A model generated the notes under the pieces. The model was given only the letters and a program-made list of their open reading frames with translations, was not told the DNA's origin and ran no database searches. From contig KZ538188.1 in the NCBI GenBank assembly GCA_000934665.2, positions 62,001-106,605 on the forward strand: a DNA stretch of 44,605 nt, in the 5' to 3' direction. Shown piece after piece: positions 23,713-35,540 of this stretch. Origin of the DNA: Catajapyx aquilonaris. Its lineage: Eukaryota. Positions within the stretch are counted from its first letter, which is position 1. Each line of letters opens with the position of its first letter. Made by a program: the position numbers and the translations under genes.

Positions 23713-26700
23713 TTATTTGTCATTTTTAACCTGGCATTTACGCAAATGTAGCACAAGACGGCTACGTCTCTTGAGTACTTTACCGCACCAATTACATCCA
23801 AATTGCCGCTCATCTGAGCGTTTACATTTGTGATTTTTCAAATCGGCAAGAGATGTAAAACTCTTGGAGCATTTGCTCCACTTGCAAAAGTATCCAGGCT
23901 GATGCATCATCCTGTGTTTGCGCAAATAATAGAAAGAAACAAATCCCTCATTACATTCAGTGCACTTGAATGGTCTCTCTCCCGCATGACATCGCATATG
24001 CGTATCAAACTTTTTCTTATAATAGAACGCAAGATTGCAAATTGAACACTCATGGTCCTTTTGTCCCCTTCTTTGGCCCCTTGTTTTGTATCCATGAAAC
24101 TTTTGTCTGTGAAGAATTAGGGTACCTCTACTTGTGCATTTATACGAGCAATCAGGGCAACTGAACGTGGACTTGGGCGCCCCATGATAACTTCTCATAT
24201 GATACTGCAAAGACTTTTTATCAACTAAGATCTTAGGGCAGTGTTTGCAAGCAGCCCGCTTCCTGTCTTTGTCGTGTACTTTCATGTGATCCTTCAGACA
24301 TTCCCTCAGTTTGAATCCCTTCCCACATTTATCACAAATGAAAGGAGTCGCATCTGAATGCACCAATAACTTGTGATGCTGCAATGATGTCTTTGAACCC
24401 AAGCTCTTTGAACACAGGCTACACTTGAATGGCTTCTCACCAGTGTGACTGCGCTCATGTCTAGCAAGAGAGAATTTGGTAGGACAAACTTTTCCACAAT
24501 AGTTGCAGGGGAACATTTTCCCAATGTAATGGACTCGCTTCTTGTGCAAATTCAAATCAGATGTAGAATAAAATTTCTTGGAACATACTTCACAAGTGAA
24601 TACCTGGTCACGGACATGGGAAACTCTTACATGATTAATTAAGCCACTTCTGGATTCCATATTTTTTGCACAAATTGGACAGCAGAGAAATGTCCCTGTC
24701 TCACTGTTTGAAGAGAGAGAATTTTCACCTTCATCAATAGCATGGCCTATTCTGTCTCCAAGTAATTTTTTGAGAGCTTCCTTCAAACCTTCCCCTGTAT
24801 GGTCCCTCTGATGTTTTTTCAAATTTCCATGACGTTTGAAGCGCCTACTGCACATGTCACACTTGAAGGGCCTGTCGTCAGAGTGAACTGCCATATGGTG
24901 AGAGAGGTTCCACTGGTCACGAAATGATTTGTTGCACTGATCACAAGTGAATGACCTCTGACATATCTGCGCATGAAGATGCCTACTGAGATGGCCCTTG
25001 TGTGAAAATACTCTCCCACAGTGTTCACATTTGAAGGATTCCTCCTTGGTGTGCTCTGTATTGTGAAGCTTCAGCTTGCTAAAGCTGTTCCCCTGGTCAC
25101 GAGTAGCTTGTAACTGTTTCTCTTTCTTCTTGATCTTCCTCCTTAGCGATGCACAATCCTGAATAAAAAGGAAACCATATAAGGATCCTCTCAGTAGGAT
25201 TAATTTGACTGCGAGCAGGGTGGCATTGTGGTCCATGCAAACATAAAATGTTTTGAAAAAAAAAAAAGAAAAAAGAAAAAACACTTGGAAAAATAAAAAT
25301 TACATATATAATCCCCAGCTAGTATACAGCGTGTATCGGAACTCTACCATAAGCCATGTACCAATGGCATAAGGGGCACCAGAGCATCATTATATCTAGA
25401 GGGGTCATCATGTCTAGGCAGCCCCATCACGTAGATAATTGATCATTTGCGAAGTAGCGATTGAGCTTAAGCGTGATTGTAGAATAGCAGTGCATCTGGG
25501 GGGAACTGCATTCTAAGAGACCCTTAGGCCCGTATTCATAATGGAATTCGAACGCGGGGTCGGGGTAGAACCTGGGGTTGAGGCGGAGTTGACCCCGGGT
25601 TCGTATTCATAATGGCCTTGAAACCCCGCGATCCGGGGGGGTAGTTGAAGACTGGAAAGGGACTCCCAAGATATTTGTAATTGGTGGTAATTACTAGCGG
25701 TCTTCCGTTCCAGAAAAACTTCTTTTTCGCAGAGAGAACCCCACCCTTTCTAAAAATCAGAACCTGTGTTTTCCCCACATTGACAGACAGGCCAATTTCA
25801 TCCAAGTACTGAGCCAGGGCTATTTGACGCTGTAAAAACCTGAATGAGAGCTGACGGCAGAGCTATATGTCAGAAAGAGTAATAAAGAATTCGTTACTTC
25901 ATGACAATCCTGTGCGCATTAATCACTAATCCAATCGACGCTTGATAATATTGATCCTCACCTCTTCCAGTTCATTTCCTCCCAAATGCTCTTCTCTCTC
26001 ATGCACCTTCAATTCCAGCTTGGTCACAAATGGCTTGGAGCATTTTGGGCAGAACACAATGCGATCCACCCCAATAGAGAAGTGTCTCAGTTCTATCTGC
26101 AATTTCAATTACAAGGTCATTGCAATCAAATCACACTGCAACACAAAGTGTGACTCACCCCCTGCACAAAGTAGTGCGATGAAGTATTTTCCCGTTTGAT
26201 GACAGGATGGAGATGATGTTGCCCCTAGAAAATAGAAATATTGTAATTTTATTGTTACGCTTTAATTTGTTTTGCTGCCGCAGCTGCTGAGTTTAACAAC
26301 GTACTCTATGCAAAGAAAATAAAAATATTTTCCAACATTCTGTTCCATAAACTCGACATAAAGAAAAGAAAAGTAGTCGGTTACTTGAGTAGAGAGCCCA
26401 GAATGTTCCCATCCGTTGTCGTGATTCAGACGATATCAACGAGTGACTTTAGTTCTATAAAAATGGCAGGCAAGCACCTGGACTGGTCTGTCAAATTTTA
26501 ATGTGGCTGATGAGAGTGGGGGAAATTCATGGTTCTCTCCCTAACAGATTGCAATTTACTTACTGCAGGGTCTTCTTCCATGACCTTGTCCTCTGCCTCC
26601 GGCTTGACCCTGTGCAGTGGTGAATCCACAGGTGTTTCAAGGCCTCCCCTGTCCAGTGGTCCATCGCCAGGTTCAGTTGCTCCATCCTGACCTCCTTCTC

Positions 26701-27078
26701 CTTTGACATATGGCCACAGAGCTGGCCCTTCCTCCTGAAGAAGACAACAATTATTCGAATGATTAGAAGGGTGTCCATGGACACCATTTCCAATGCCCCC
26801 AATCCCCCTCCCCAAACAACCCATGCCAAGTGGGGGCCAACCTCCACTTTGATGTCCATCTCCAGTCCTCCTCCTTCTTCCTCCTTCACCTGGCCACCAT
26901 CTCCTGGTCCATCCTCCTCCTTCTCTTCTGCATTCCTCCTGACCAGGTCCCACCTGCTGTGGGAGAAGCTGTGCACCAGGAGCTCCAGGTGCGTGGGGAA
27001 TGTCTGGAGGCAGCAGCGACACTCGTGCAGGGTGCAGCTGGAGGTCGGATCCTCCTCCTCCTCCTCCCGAGTGGACAT
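23713..27078 (-). CDS. C2H2 zinc-finger cluster gene D, ~684 aa, ~14 array fingers
   Basis: Exons 27078-26842, 26734-26564, 26224-26159, 26096-25962, 25158-23713; phase 0, GT-AG, open; first array finger degenerate; an in-frame upstream ATG at 27213 is an alternative start. Confidence 0.85.
25655..25810 (-). mobile_element. Non-LTR retrotransposon reverse-transcriptase fragment in an intron of D
   Basis: GLSVNVGKTQVLIFRKGG..WNGRPLVITTNYKYLG matches the late RT motifs (L.VN..KT / YKYLG) of LINEs. Confidence 0.7.
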
Positions 27079-27209
27079 GGCCTGTTGTTCCTCCTCCAGC
27101 CCTGGCCTCCCCACCAGATCCCAAAAGAGGGAAGGAGGATCCGAGGCCCCCTTCTTCTTCCTTTTCCCAACCAGAGGAGAAGAGCTGAAGAGGACGAGAA
27201 GAAGGCTTC

Positions 27210-27344
27210 TCATTCGGCCATGTTGGGCCAGTCCGAATAGAGCAACGGGCTTCCCCCTGGCCTCGTCCGAATATCCTCTTTGGCAGTTCACATTCCTGCC
27301 AACAGATGGCGACAGTAGTGCAGGTGGTGGCTGCTACCTGGTGG
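27210..27344 (-). promoter_or_regulatory. Promoter cassette of gene D: uORF MAE* (27221-27210), GTCCGAA direct repeat, paired CTCF-like motifs (27299-27344)
   Basis: + CCAACAGATGGCG and - CCACCAGGTAGCAG, 46-bp span; core identical to A/B/C. Confidence 0.65.
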
Positions 27345-27689
27345 CACATATTAGAACTAGTTCTAAATTGTGGCGGGAAGACATGTTTTCCTTTGAGTTA
27401 TTTCCAGACATGCTAAACGATCATGTTAAGGCCCACCAGTCTCCCGGGGAGTCACACCAGAAGTCATGGGTAAGTTTCAGTCTTTATTCACCATAGTAGG
27501 CTACAGACTTGCTCACTGGACAAAATAATCAAACAGACTTTTTCCTTCTTTTTTATGACACATTCAACCGGCCATACCCTCAATACAAATTATGTACAAA
27601 AATTCCTGTGCCCCTCATGAGCTAGCTGTACCACAACAATTACATTCATACTGCCCACACTACTAGTGTTTTCAATTATTATTTTTCAC

Positions 27690-28356
27690 ATTTGCAGGAG
27701 AGGCAAGACTATTGGTGCAAATTGCTGCACTTGCAAATATCTATTCTTGTTCTTATAACGATGTAACATTTCCCTACAGTGTTTTAGAGCCGATATGTGG
27801 GCACTCTCACATGAATAATCTGGGTAACTTGGTCATCTCATATCTAAACAGTAGAAGGAGGTGTCCAATCATCTCAGATTTTTTCATTGCAAAAATAATG
27901 TCACTCTGTGCACACATAAGAGTTGTAGCCAAAAATGCAATTAGAAACACCCAGGTGAAAATACGACGTAAGTTACGCCCCTGGACGTAACATGCAACAA
28001 AAAAATAACACTGTTTACTCCTATTGTTGTGTGAGGGCATCTCCTTGGAAACTTGAAAAGTGTGAGGTTCCAGGGGTGCCTTTGGCAGATTTCCGTAGCG
28101 TACAAGAGGTTACTTTTCATGAGGAATTTAATGCCGCATGTTTCAGCTTCCAAAACACAACACCCGTAACTCCTCTCCCTGCTCCTCTCAACAATAACCA
28201 ACATAACAATATCAACAATATCCCCTCCACAATCTCCCCATGGAGATGCCCTCACGCACCAATAGCATGCCAGGGGGTACTTCATTTACTTCGATACATC
28301 AATTATACATCGATTTCCTTTACTGTAATTATTATTCTGCAAACTATTTCGACCAG
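27690..28356 (-). pseudogene. Decayed distal fingers of gene E with an intervening insertion
   Basis: Out-of-frame CPKILAGRNSLQ overlapping the E stop, and degenerate homology to the CPDCS..ASAL..HGYK..CSIC fingers at ~27710-27830. Confidence 0.5.
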
Positions 28357-30261
28357 CTAAGATTTTAGGACAGAGTTCTTGTCTTTGTCATGTTCTTTCA
28401 TGTGATTTTTCAGAGTGTTCTTCCATTTGAATCGCTGTCCACATTTATCACAAATGAAAGCATTATCAGCAGAGTGCAACATTAGCCTGTGACACTTCAA
28501 TGATTTAGTTGAACTCAAGTTCTTTGAACACACGGTACACTTGTATGGCTTCTCACCAGTGTGGCTACGCACATGTCTAACAAGTTCAGATTTGTCAAGG
28601 CAAACTTTACCACAATATTTGCAGGGGTGCATTTCCCCCATGTTATGGGTTCGCTTCTTGTGCGCATACAACTGAAACATAGAATTAAATTTCTCAGGAC
28701 ATAATTTGCAAGCATATACATGGCCAGAGACATGGTAATATTTTATGTGACTAATTAAGCCACTACTGGATTCCAGATTTTTTGCACAATATGGACAGCA
28801 CAGCGCAGCCTTTGAACTGCCGCTAGAACGGAGATCCTTTTTACCTTTACCAATAGCAACAACTATTCCATCTCGAAGTAATTTTTTGCGTGCTATATTC
28901 AAACCTTCCCCTGTATGCACCTTCTGATGTTGTTGCAAAGTGGACAGAAACTTGAAGGACTTAGTGCACTTGTCACACTTGAAGGATCTATCATCAGAGT
29001 GAACTGCCATATGTCTGGACAGGTACCTGTAATAATCATATGATTTGTTGCACTTATTACAAGTGAATGGCATTTGACATGCCTGTGAGAGAACATGACT
29101 CCTGAGATTGCCCGTGTGTGAAAATAGCCTCCCACAGCGTTTGCATTTGAGAGAGTCCTCCTCGGCGTGCTCCTTCCCGTGACGCTTTAAATGCCTCTTA
29201 TTGCTAAAGGTTTTCCCACAGTCATCACAGGCATGTAACCGTTTCATCTTTCTTGGCAATGCATGATCCTGAAAAAAAAAAGGAATCCATACTAGTAACC
29301 TTGCAATGGGGCCACGTTAAATGTGAGTGGCACACTCTGATCCTTACCTTTTCTAGTTCATTTCCACCCGTATGCTCCTCTCTCTCATGCTCCTTCAATT
29401 CCTGCTTGGTCACAAATGGCTCGGAGCATTTTGGGCAAAACAAAATGGGATCCACCGCAATAGAGAAGCGCCTCAGTTCTACCTGCAATTTAAATTACAT
29501 AGTTAATTACTGAATAATATCATGACAACATTTCACTTCATCAAATCACATTGTAACGCAAAGGGTGACTTACTCCCTGCACAAAATAGTACGATGAAGC
29601 AATTTTCTTCTCCTGGGTAAGACTGCCTGGCTGTTGTTCCTAAGGAAAAAAAAAAAGAAGGTGCAAACCATTGGTAATAATCACTGCTTATTAGACACCA
29701 TACCAGAAATAGTAAATTTTAATGTACGAATGTTCTCGTAATTGAAGTCACAATGAAGCATTAGTGTAATGCTGTAAAGTGAAGTACATTGTGAAATTTA
29801 CTTACTTCATCTACATTTTCAGTAATAATGTCCTCCACCTTCATATTTGCATCTAGTAACTGGGAATTCAAGGAAAGATCCTGCGATGCCACGTCAGAAT
29901 GTCCACTAACATCAGACTGTACGTCCCGACCTTCTGCTCTTTCCAAATTCCAAGCTGGGCCCTCCTCCTAAAACAATCAGCAATAAAAAGCGATTATTAC
30001 CATTTAAGTTTCCAAACCAACAACCATGCATGTACAGCCAACCTCCACTTTGAAATCCATCACAAGCTCTTCCGTATCCTCCACTTCTTCCTTCACTTGA
30101 ACACCGTCAATTCCACCAACTCCTTCTCCTTCCTCCTCCGTCTCTTCCTCCTTGATCTGGTCCAATCCTCCATGTGTTAAGCTGTGGGCAAGAAGCTCCA
30201 AATGTGTCCTAAATATCTGCAGACAGCAACGGCATTTGTGCTTCTCACAAGCATAATCCAT
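28357..30261 (-). CDS. C2H2 zinc-finger cluster gene E, ~497 aa, 9 array fingers, 3'-truncated by a frameshifting deletion
   Basis: Exons 30261-30043, 29967-29806, 29639-29574, 29482-29348, 29268-28357; phase 0, GT-AG, open; no promoter cassette seen upstream. Confidence 0.7.
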
Positions 30262-33243
30262 CCCTGGAAAAAATAATCAATTTTTATTAATCATAGTTAA
30301 TATTTGTAATTGACTCTGTGCTGAGCCCCATTGCAAGAGAAAAATTAAAATTCACATTATGCCAAAAAGAAAATAGGTGCAGGAAGTCCCCAATTTACGA
30401 ACGACCCGATTCATGCCGATCCGTCCTTACTAACTGGGTCCCAAGGCTCGACATAAAGGTTCGACATAAATACTGTGTAATTCATAAACACAGCACAGGT
30501 ACTTTTCCCCAATGTCATGGGCTCTCTTCTTGTGCACATTCAAACTATACATAGAATAAAACATCTCGGAACATAATTCACAAGTGAATACCTTGTCATG
30601 GACATGGTGTGACCTTACATCATTAATTAAGCCACGACTGGTTTTGAGAATTTTTTCACAAAATCGGCAGCAGGTAGATGCAACTGTACCAGTGCTAGGT
30701 GAGTGATCACGAAATGATTTGTTGCACTGATCACAAGTGAATGACTTTTGACATGCCTTTGCATGAACAGGAGTACTAACACTGCCCTTGATTGAAAACA
30801 CTCTTGCCACATTGTTCACTACTGCTAGATTCCTCCTTGGTGTGCTCTTCCCTGTGAAGTTTCAGAAGCTTCTGCTTACCAAAAGTATTCCCATGATCAG
30901 TGCAAGCTAGGAACTGATTCCCTTTCCTCTTCATCTTATTCCTTGGCAATGCAAAATCCTGGACATGAAAAAAAGAAAATCATATCAAGATCCTGCTGTA
31001 GGGGAGTTGTACACACAGTGCTGAATCTACAGAATTTCGAAGGGAGGGGGCAGAAACATTTGCTGCCGCTCCTCACCCCGGCAATTTGAAAGGTTCACTT
31101 CATTTTTTTTATATGGATGTGTACTTCAGGCAATTAAATAAACTGCTTGCACCAGCATAATGCAAAATGTCTGTTTAGGGATGAATGCAAGTTACGATCC
31201 AGTGAAATACAAATGAAGTATGATACGGTATAAATAGATTGACACCTCAGTAGTCAACTCTGTATTTAAATTTTTATGCTAATTATCTCAGTAACTAGGC
31301 TGTGGAAGCACACAATCTTTGTACATAAAATGATAGCCTAGATCTCCACAATTGTTCCCCAAAGGAAAGGCACGTTACATTCCCACACCCTGGTGTATTA
31401 TAATGGACATTAGTCGACTATACTAAAAACTAGAGTACTAGACGATCGTAATTTCTCTGCAATGTACGCATTAACTACGCACCGGAGCCCAAAACTAATT
31501 GCACATCCCTACATCAGTTTTGTGAGTTCTATCAATCTACCTGGCGATTGGGTGCAAGTGTCCCTTCACCCTGTATACATATGCAGAGAACCTTGATTAG
31601 CATACGTTGTTGCAGAGCAAAATGATGACTTTCGCTTTATGTGACAAAATTAATATTCGTCTTTTAGCTACCACCAAAATTCTGAGAGTGAGTTCTTAGT
31701 TGCAAAATTGTATTTTATGGCATAATCATATGTCAAATGTCTCAAATCAGTCTAGCGCTCAATACTCCTACAATGTCAGCAGGACTTACTTTACTGACAC
31801 AGCAGAGAATGGGCTTAGAACCCAAAGGTTTTCTTCAATTTTTTTTCCCCCGTGAAGTTCTTCAAGAAAATAACAGTTAAAATTATCAAGAAAACTTGTG
31901 GAGGAAAGTAAAACTAATTTAGTATATCTCCGGGTATGTCGGATTCTATAGAATCTCTTCAAATTATTTCGCTGTTTGGAAGCTTGGGACTAGCCTTTCC
32001 AGATCATTGTAACCGAAAGTCTGTTGTAGCCAAGGCTGTAATATCCGGATTCAACTGTATAAGGTCACGAGCCAGAGCAAAAACCGAATAACAAGGATAA
32101 ACTGACAGGAAATCACAAAACTTGGGCAAAAGACACAAAGCAAGTATTACTTCCTCTGGACTATCCAGCTTATAGCCCGTTTCCACTTGCACAGTGCGTT
32201 ATCATATATTTTTCTACATGCTTGGAGCCCACCCAGCCGCCCCAACCCGCCCACTTTGCTAAGGTGCGGATAAGCTATATACTTTCCCCGTTTTTTATAT
32301 TTTAAAAATTCACGCAATGACTTTTGTCTCAATCCATGTAATTTGATCCTCACCTTATCTACTTCATTTCCAACCAAATGCTCTTCTCTTTCATGCTCCT
32401 TCATTTCCTGCTTTGTCACCAACGGCTTTGAGCATTTTTGACAAAATATAATGGGATCCACCACAATCGAAAAGTGCCTCAGTTGTATCTGCAATTTAAA
32501 ATTACATTGTCATTAACTGCATAATATCATGACAACATTTCACTGCATCTTATAGTGCAACCAAAATGTCACTTACTCCCTGCACAGAGTAGTTTGATGA
32601 AGCAATTTTCTTCTCCTGGGGATGGTCGCCTAGCTGTTGTTCCTAAGGGAAACAAAGTGCAAACCCAATGATAAGAGTCGCTGCTAATTACACACCATTT
32701 AAATTATCAGTATAATTCTCTGCAATACATTATGTAAATTATCACTCGCTGATGTCCACATGCACCACAAGGTCAATGAAAGTGCCGAAAACAATAAACG
32801 TGAGCATAATTGAAGCACAAAATGAGCAAAATGTTGTTCATTCATTCATTCATAACATCACGGCCTAATCCCAGACATGGGGTAGCCAGCGACGACTAGT
32901 TTGTGCCCAGCCGTCTCATATGACCATTACAATGACTCTTCTGGTGACTGGTCAGGCCACGCAGAAGATAATGTTGTAAAGCACCATAAAACAAAGTACC
33001 ACATTTACCTTACATAAGGCATTATCCGGTATAAAAAGAGGTCAACCAGCATGCCGGTATAAACCAGGGCGTAGCTGGCATGTCGCAATAACCGAGGCAG
33101 CTTTCCGTAATATTTTGGTCCATGTCAATTATTTTTTTTAATGCTTCTGTTACTGCGCTCAAATAATGTTACAGTGAAAAATGTGCTTGTACAGGGCTAT
33201 GAGAATATGCAAGATCATCTGTTGCACAGGTCATAGAGTGTGT

Positions 33244-33597
33244 AATAATTCTAGAATAATTTTAGTAATAATTCTTGGGTAGTGCCTGACCCTGTATAGG
33301 GTATGCGGCACAGACCTTTTTGTAACTTTTAGTACATAGACCATACTGTTGAAATGCCCGGGCCCACGGGCAGTATGACAGGAGGGGATGTGCAAGGAGC
33401 AGTGCAATGTCTTAATGTGGCCATTTTTAGTGAACTCCTCCGGGTGGTTTAGTATGTTGGAAATACCACCCGAGACGAAGCCAGATGTGACCCTGAACTC
33501 TGCACAAGATGAAGGGGGTGTCCCCGGGCAGGGATCGAACCCGGGACCTTAACATCCGTGGGCGCATACGTTACCGCAGCACCGCCCTGCCTCCCCT
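33244..33597 (-). mobile_element. tRNA-derived SINE
   Basis: Minus-strand B box GGTTCGATCCC, (TTA)-rich tail, TSD caggtcatag(a/t)gtgtgt at 33227-33243 and 33598-33614. Confidence 0.75.
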
Positions 33598-33618
33598 CAG
33601 GTCATAGTGTGTGTGATG

Positions 33619-33731
33619 CAAGAGGTTAACCACTCGACTGTAAATTGTACACTGGAGTACCCAGGAGTACCAAAGCTAGGGTACCTAAGGGCTAAGGAGT
33701 ACTTTGGAGTACCGAAGTGGTTAACCTCTTG
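33619..33731. mobile_element. Short MITE with CA...TG termini
   Basis: 16-bp TIR caagaggttaaccact / agtggttaacctcttg; flanks gtgtgatg / gtgtgacc (6 of 8 match); internal ggagtac repeats. Confidence 0.65.
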
Positions 33732-34236
33732 GTGTGACCAATTTCATATTGCTCAATTTCATTGCCCTTACTTCACCTACATTTTCTGTCATAATGTCCT
33801 CCACCTTCACATCTGCACCTAGTAACTGTGAGTGCATCGAAATATCCTTGTCACAACGCCCAATAACATCAGGTTGTACGTCCCGACATGCTCCTCCTTC
33901 GAAATACCATGCCCCATCAGCAGGGCCCTCCTCCTAAAGCAATATTAGCAATGAAAAGTGATTCCCAATTCCTTCCAAACCAACAACCATGCATGTGCAG
34001 CCAACCTCCACTTTGAAATCCAGCACCAGCTCCTCCGCACCCTCCACTTCTTCCTTCACCTGAACATCACCCACTCCTTCCCACTGGCCAATCTCTCCTT
34101 CCTCCTCTTCCCCCGATCCCTTCATCTGGTCCTATTTATCCCAAACCCAGGGGCCAGACCGTGGGCGAAACAGGGGGCGAAAAAAGACACGTGGTCTCCA
34201 AAGAGCGGCATGGGTCTCAATTGATTCCGAATTTTG

Positions 34237-34285
34237 CCTACAGATGGCAGCAGCATACAAGCGCTACACTGCTGTCCTCTGACGG
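34237..34285. promoter_or_regulatory. Convergent CTCF-like motif pair upstream of unit F
   Basis: + CCTACAGATGGCAG and - CCGTCAGAGGACAG, 49-bp span, ~110 bp upstream of the first F exon. Confidence 0.45.
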
Positions 34286-35540
34286 GGAAAATATGAACTA
34301 CAGATTTTTGTTAATCAAGCGCCAGAATTCAAACGTGAAATTGTGACAAGTAGAATGATTCATACTGTAGCTCTATTACATACTTTTAATTTGACCAAAA
34401 ATAATAATAATAATAATTTAAATAAGTTTATCACCCCTTCAGGCAATTCTCCACTAAAATAATCCCATCTCCCCATCTCATGTCCCATCTCCCCTTCCTA
34501 CCCACCCACCTCCTTTCTGTCCAGTCTTCATTCCTGCCAAAGAGTAGGTGAGGCTGGTTGTACTCCACAATAAGAGTTGACTAGGTTCTGCAAACATACG
34601 GGAGGGACTGGCCAACTAACCCAGACCATTATTCCTCTTTTGGGTAAGGAGAGAACACAGGAAATGGTGGTAGTGGGCTGTCTGAAGTATGGACTAATGG
34701 GCTGAGATAGCTACCTCACCATAATTACATCATGAGTGAAATTACCCATGCTGTCCAGACTCCAGACTATGGGCCTAAAATAATCTGGCTGGCTGACTGA
34801 AAAGCCAAGAGGCACATTGACCTTTCTCCACAACATACATTTAAAAAGACAGCAGCTTATGTCAAGAGATTTATTTAATACAATAAAGACTAAATAAACG
34901 GTACATTTATGCTAATAAACCTTAATGAATTTGCCATCACCACACCCCAAGTCTCTCCCCTAGTGTGCTACGCAAATGTAATGATCAAATCTCACACCAT
35001 GGTCACTCTTTTCCCATTCTTCTTTTTTCCCTTCCCCAGTTTCTGCAACAGTCTTTCCACACAAAAGACTCCTGCCACACACCCAGCCATCTGTGGGTAT
35101 CACTCACTTTGTGCACATCCTCACTGGCTGCTCTTCAAAACCTTAAAATGCTACAACTATTTTGCCTACAATAAGCATACAACTAGTTCACCAATGATAC
35201 AGCATGATCCTAAACCAAGGCCCAATAGATTCCAGTTGCATTACAGAGATAAGATTAGTAAGCCTATAGCAATTAATGTGTTGATGTGGTGTTTGATTTA
35301 CCCTATCACTCTTACAAGTTTGGAGAAGTATACCACAGCCCTAGTAAATACGCTCTCTTCGTGGGCATCTGCAGTCTCCAGGTCTCTATCAACGTACTCT
35401 CATTCCCACACTGTCACACAGTTCGGCATACATCCCCTTTGCTGAGTACTACAAAATTGGAGGATATAAGGGCATGAATTACTCCAGACACACACTTGTA
35501 TACCTAATGGGAAGGCTACAAAACTCACAACCAAAGTTAA

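Larger units (their letters stand above)
30430..34125 (-). pseudogene. Cluster unit F: open N-terminal exons, disabled finger-array exon
   Basis: Exons 34125-34006 (first finger deleted), 33933-33772, 32642-32577 and 32488-32354 are open with intact splice sites; the array exon from 30958 has lost Cys residues, stops at 30776, has an internal deletion and fades out ~30430. Confidence 0.75.

Noticed and set aside
23713..25284. ORF-track N-termini of the array ORFs (e.g. MFFLFSFFFF.. of D, TTG starts of B, C and E)
   Set aside because: These are intronic read-through or internal codons; each array exon has a conserved splice acceptor before D-x-A-L/S
34909..35445. 178-aa ORF as a host gene
   Set aside because: No coherent domain; faint resemblance to a decayed LINE ORF2 tail (YTTALV..LSSWASAV), too weak to annotate
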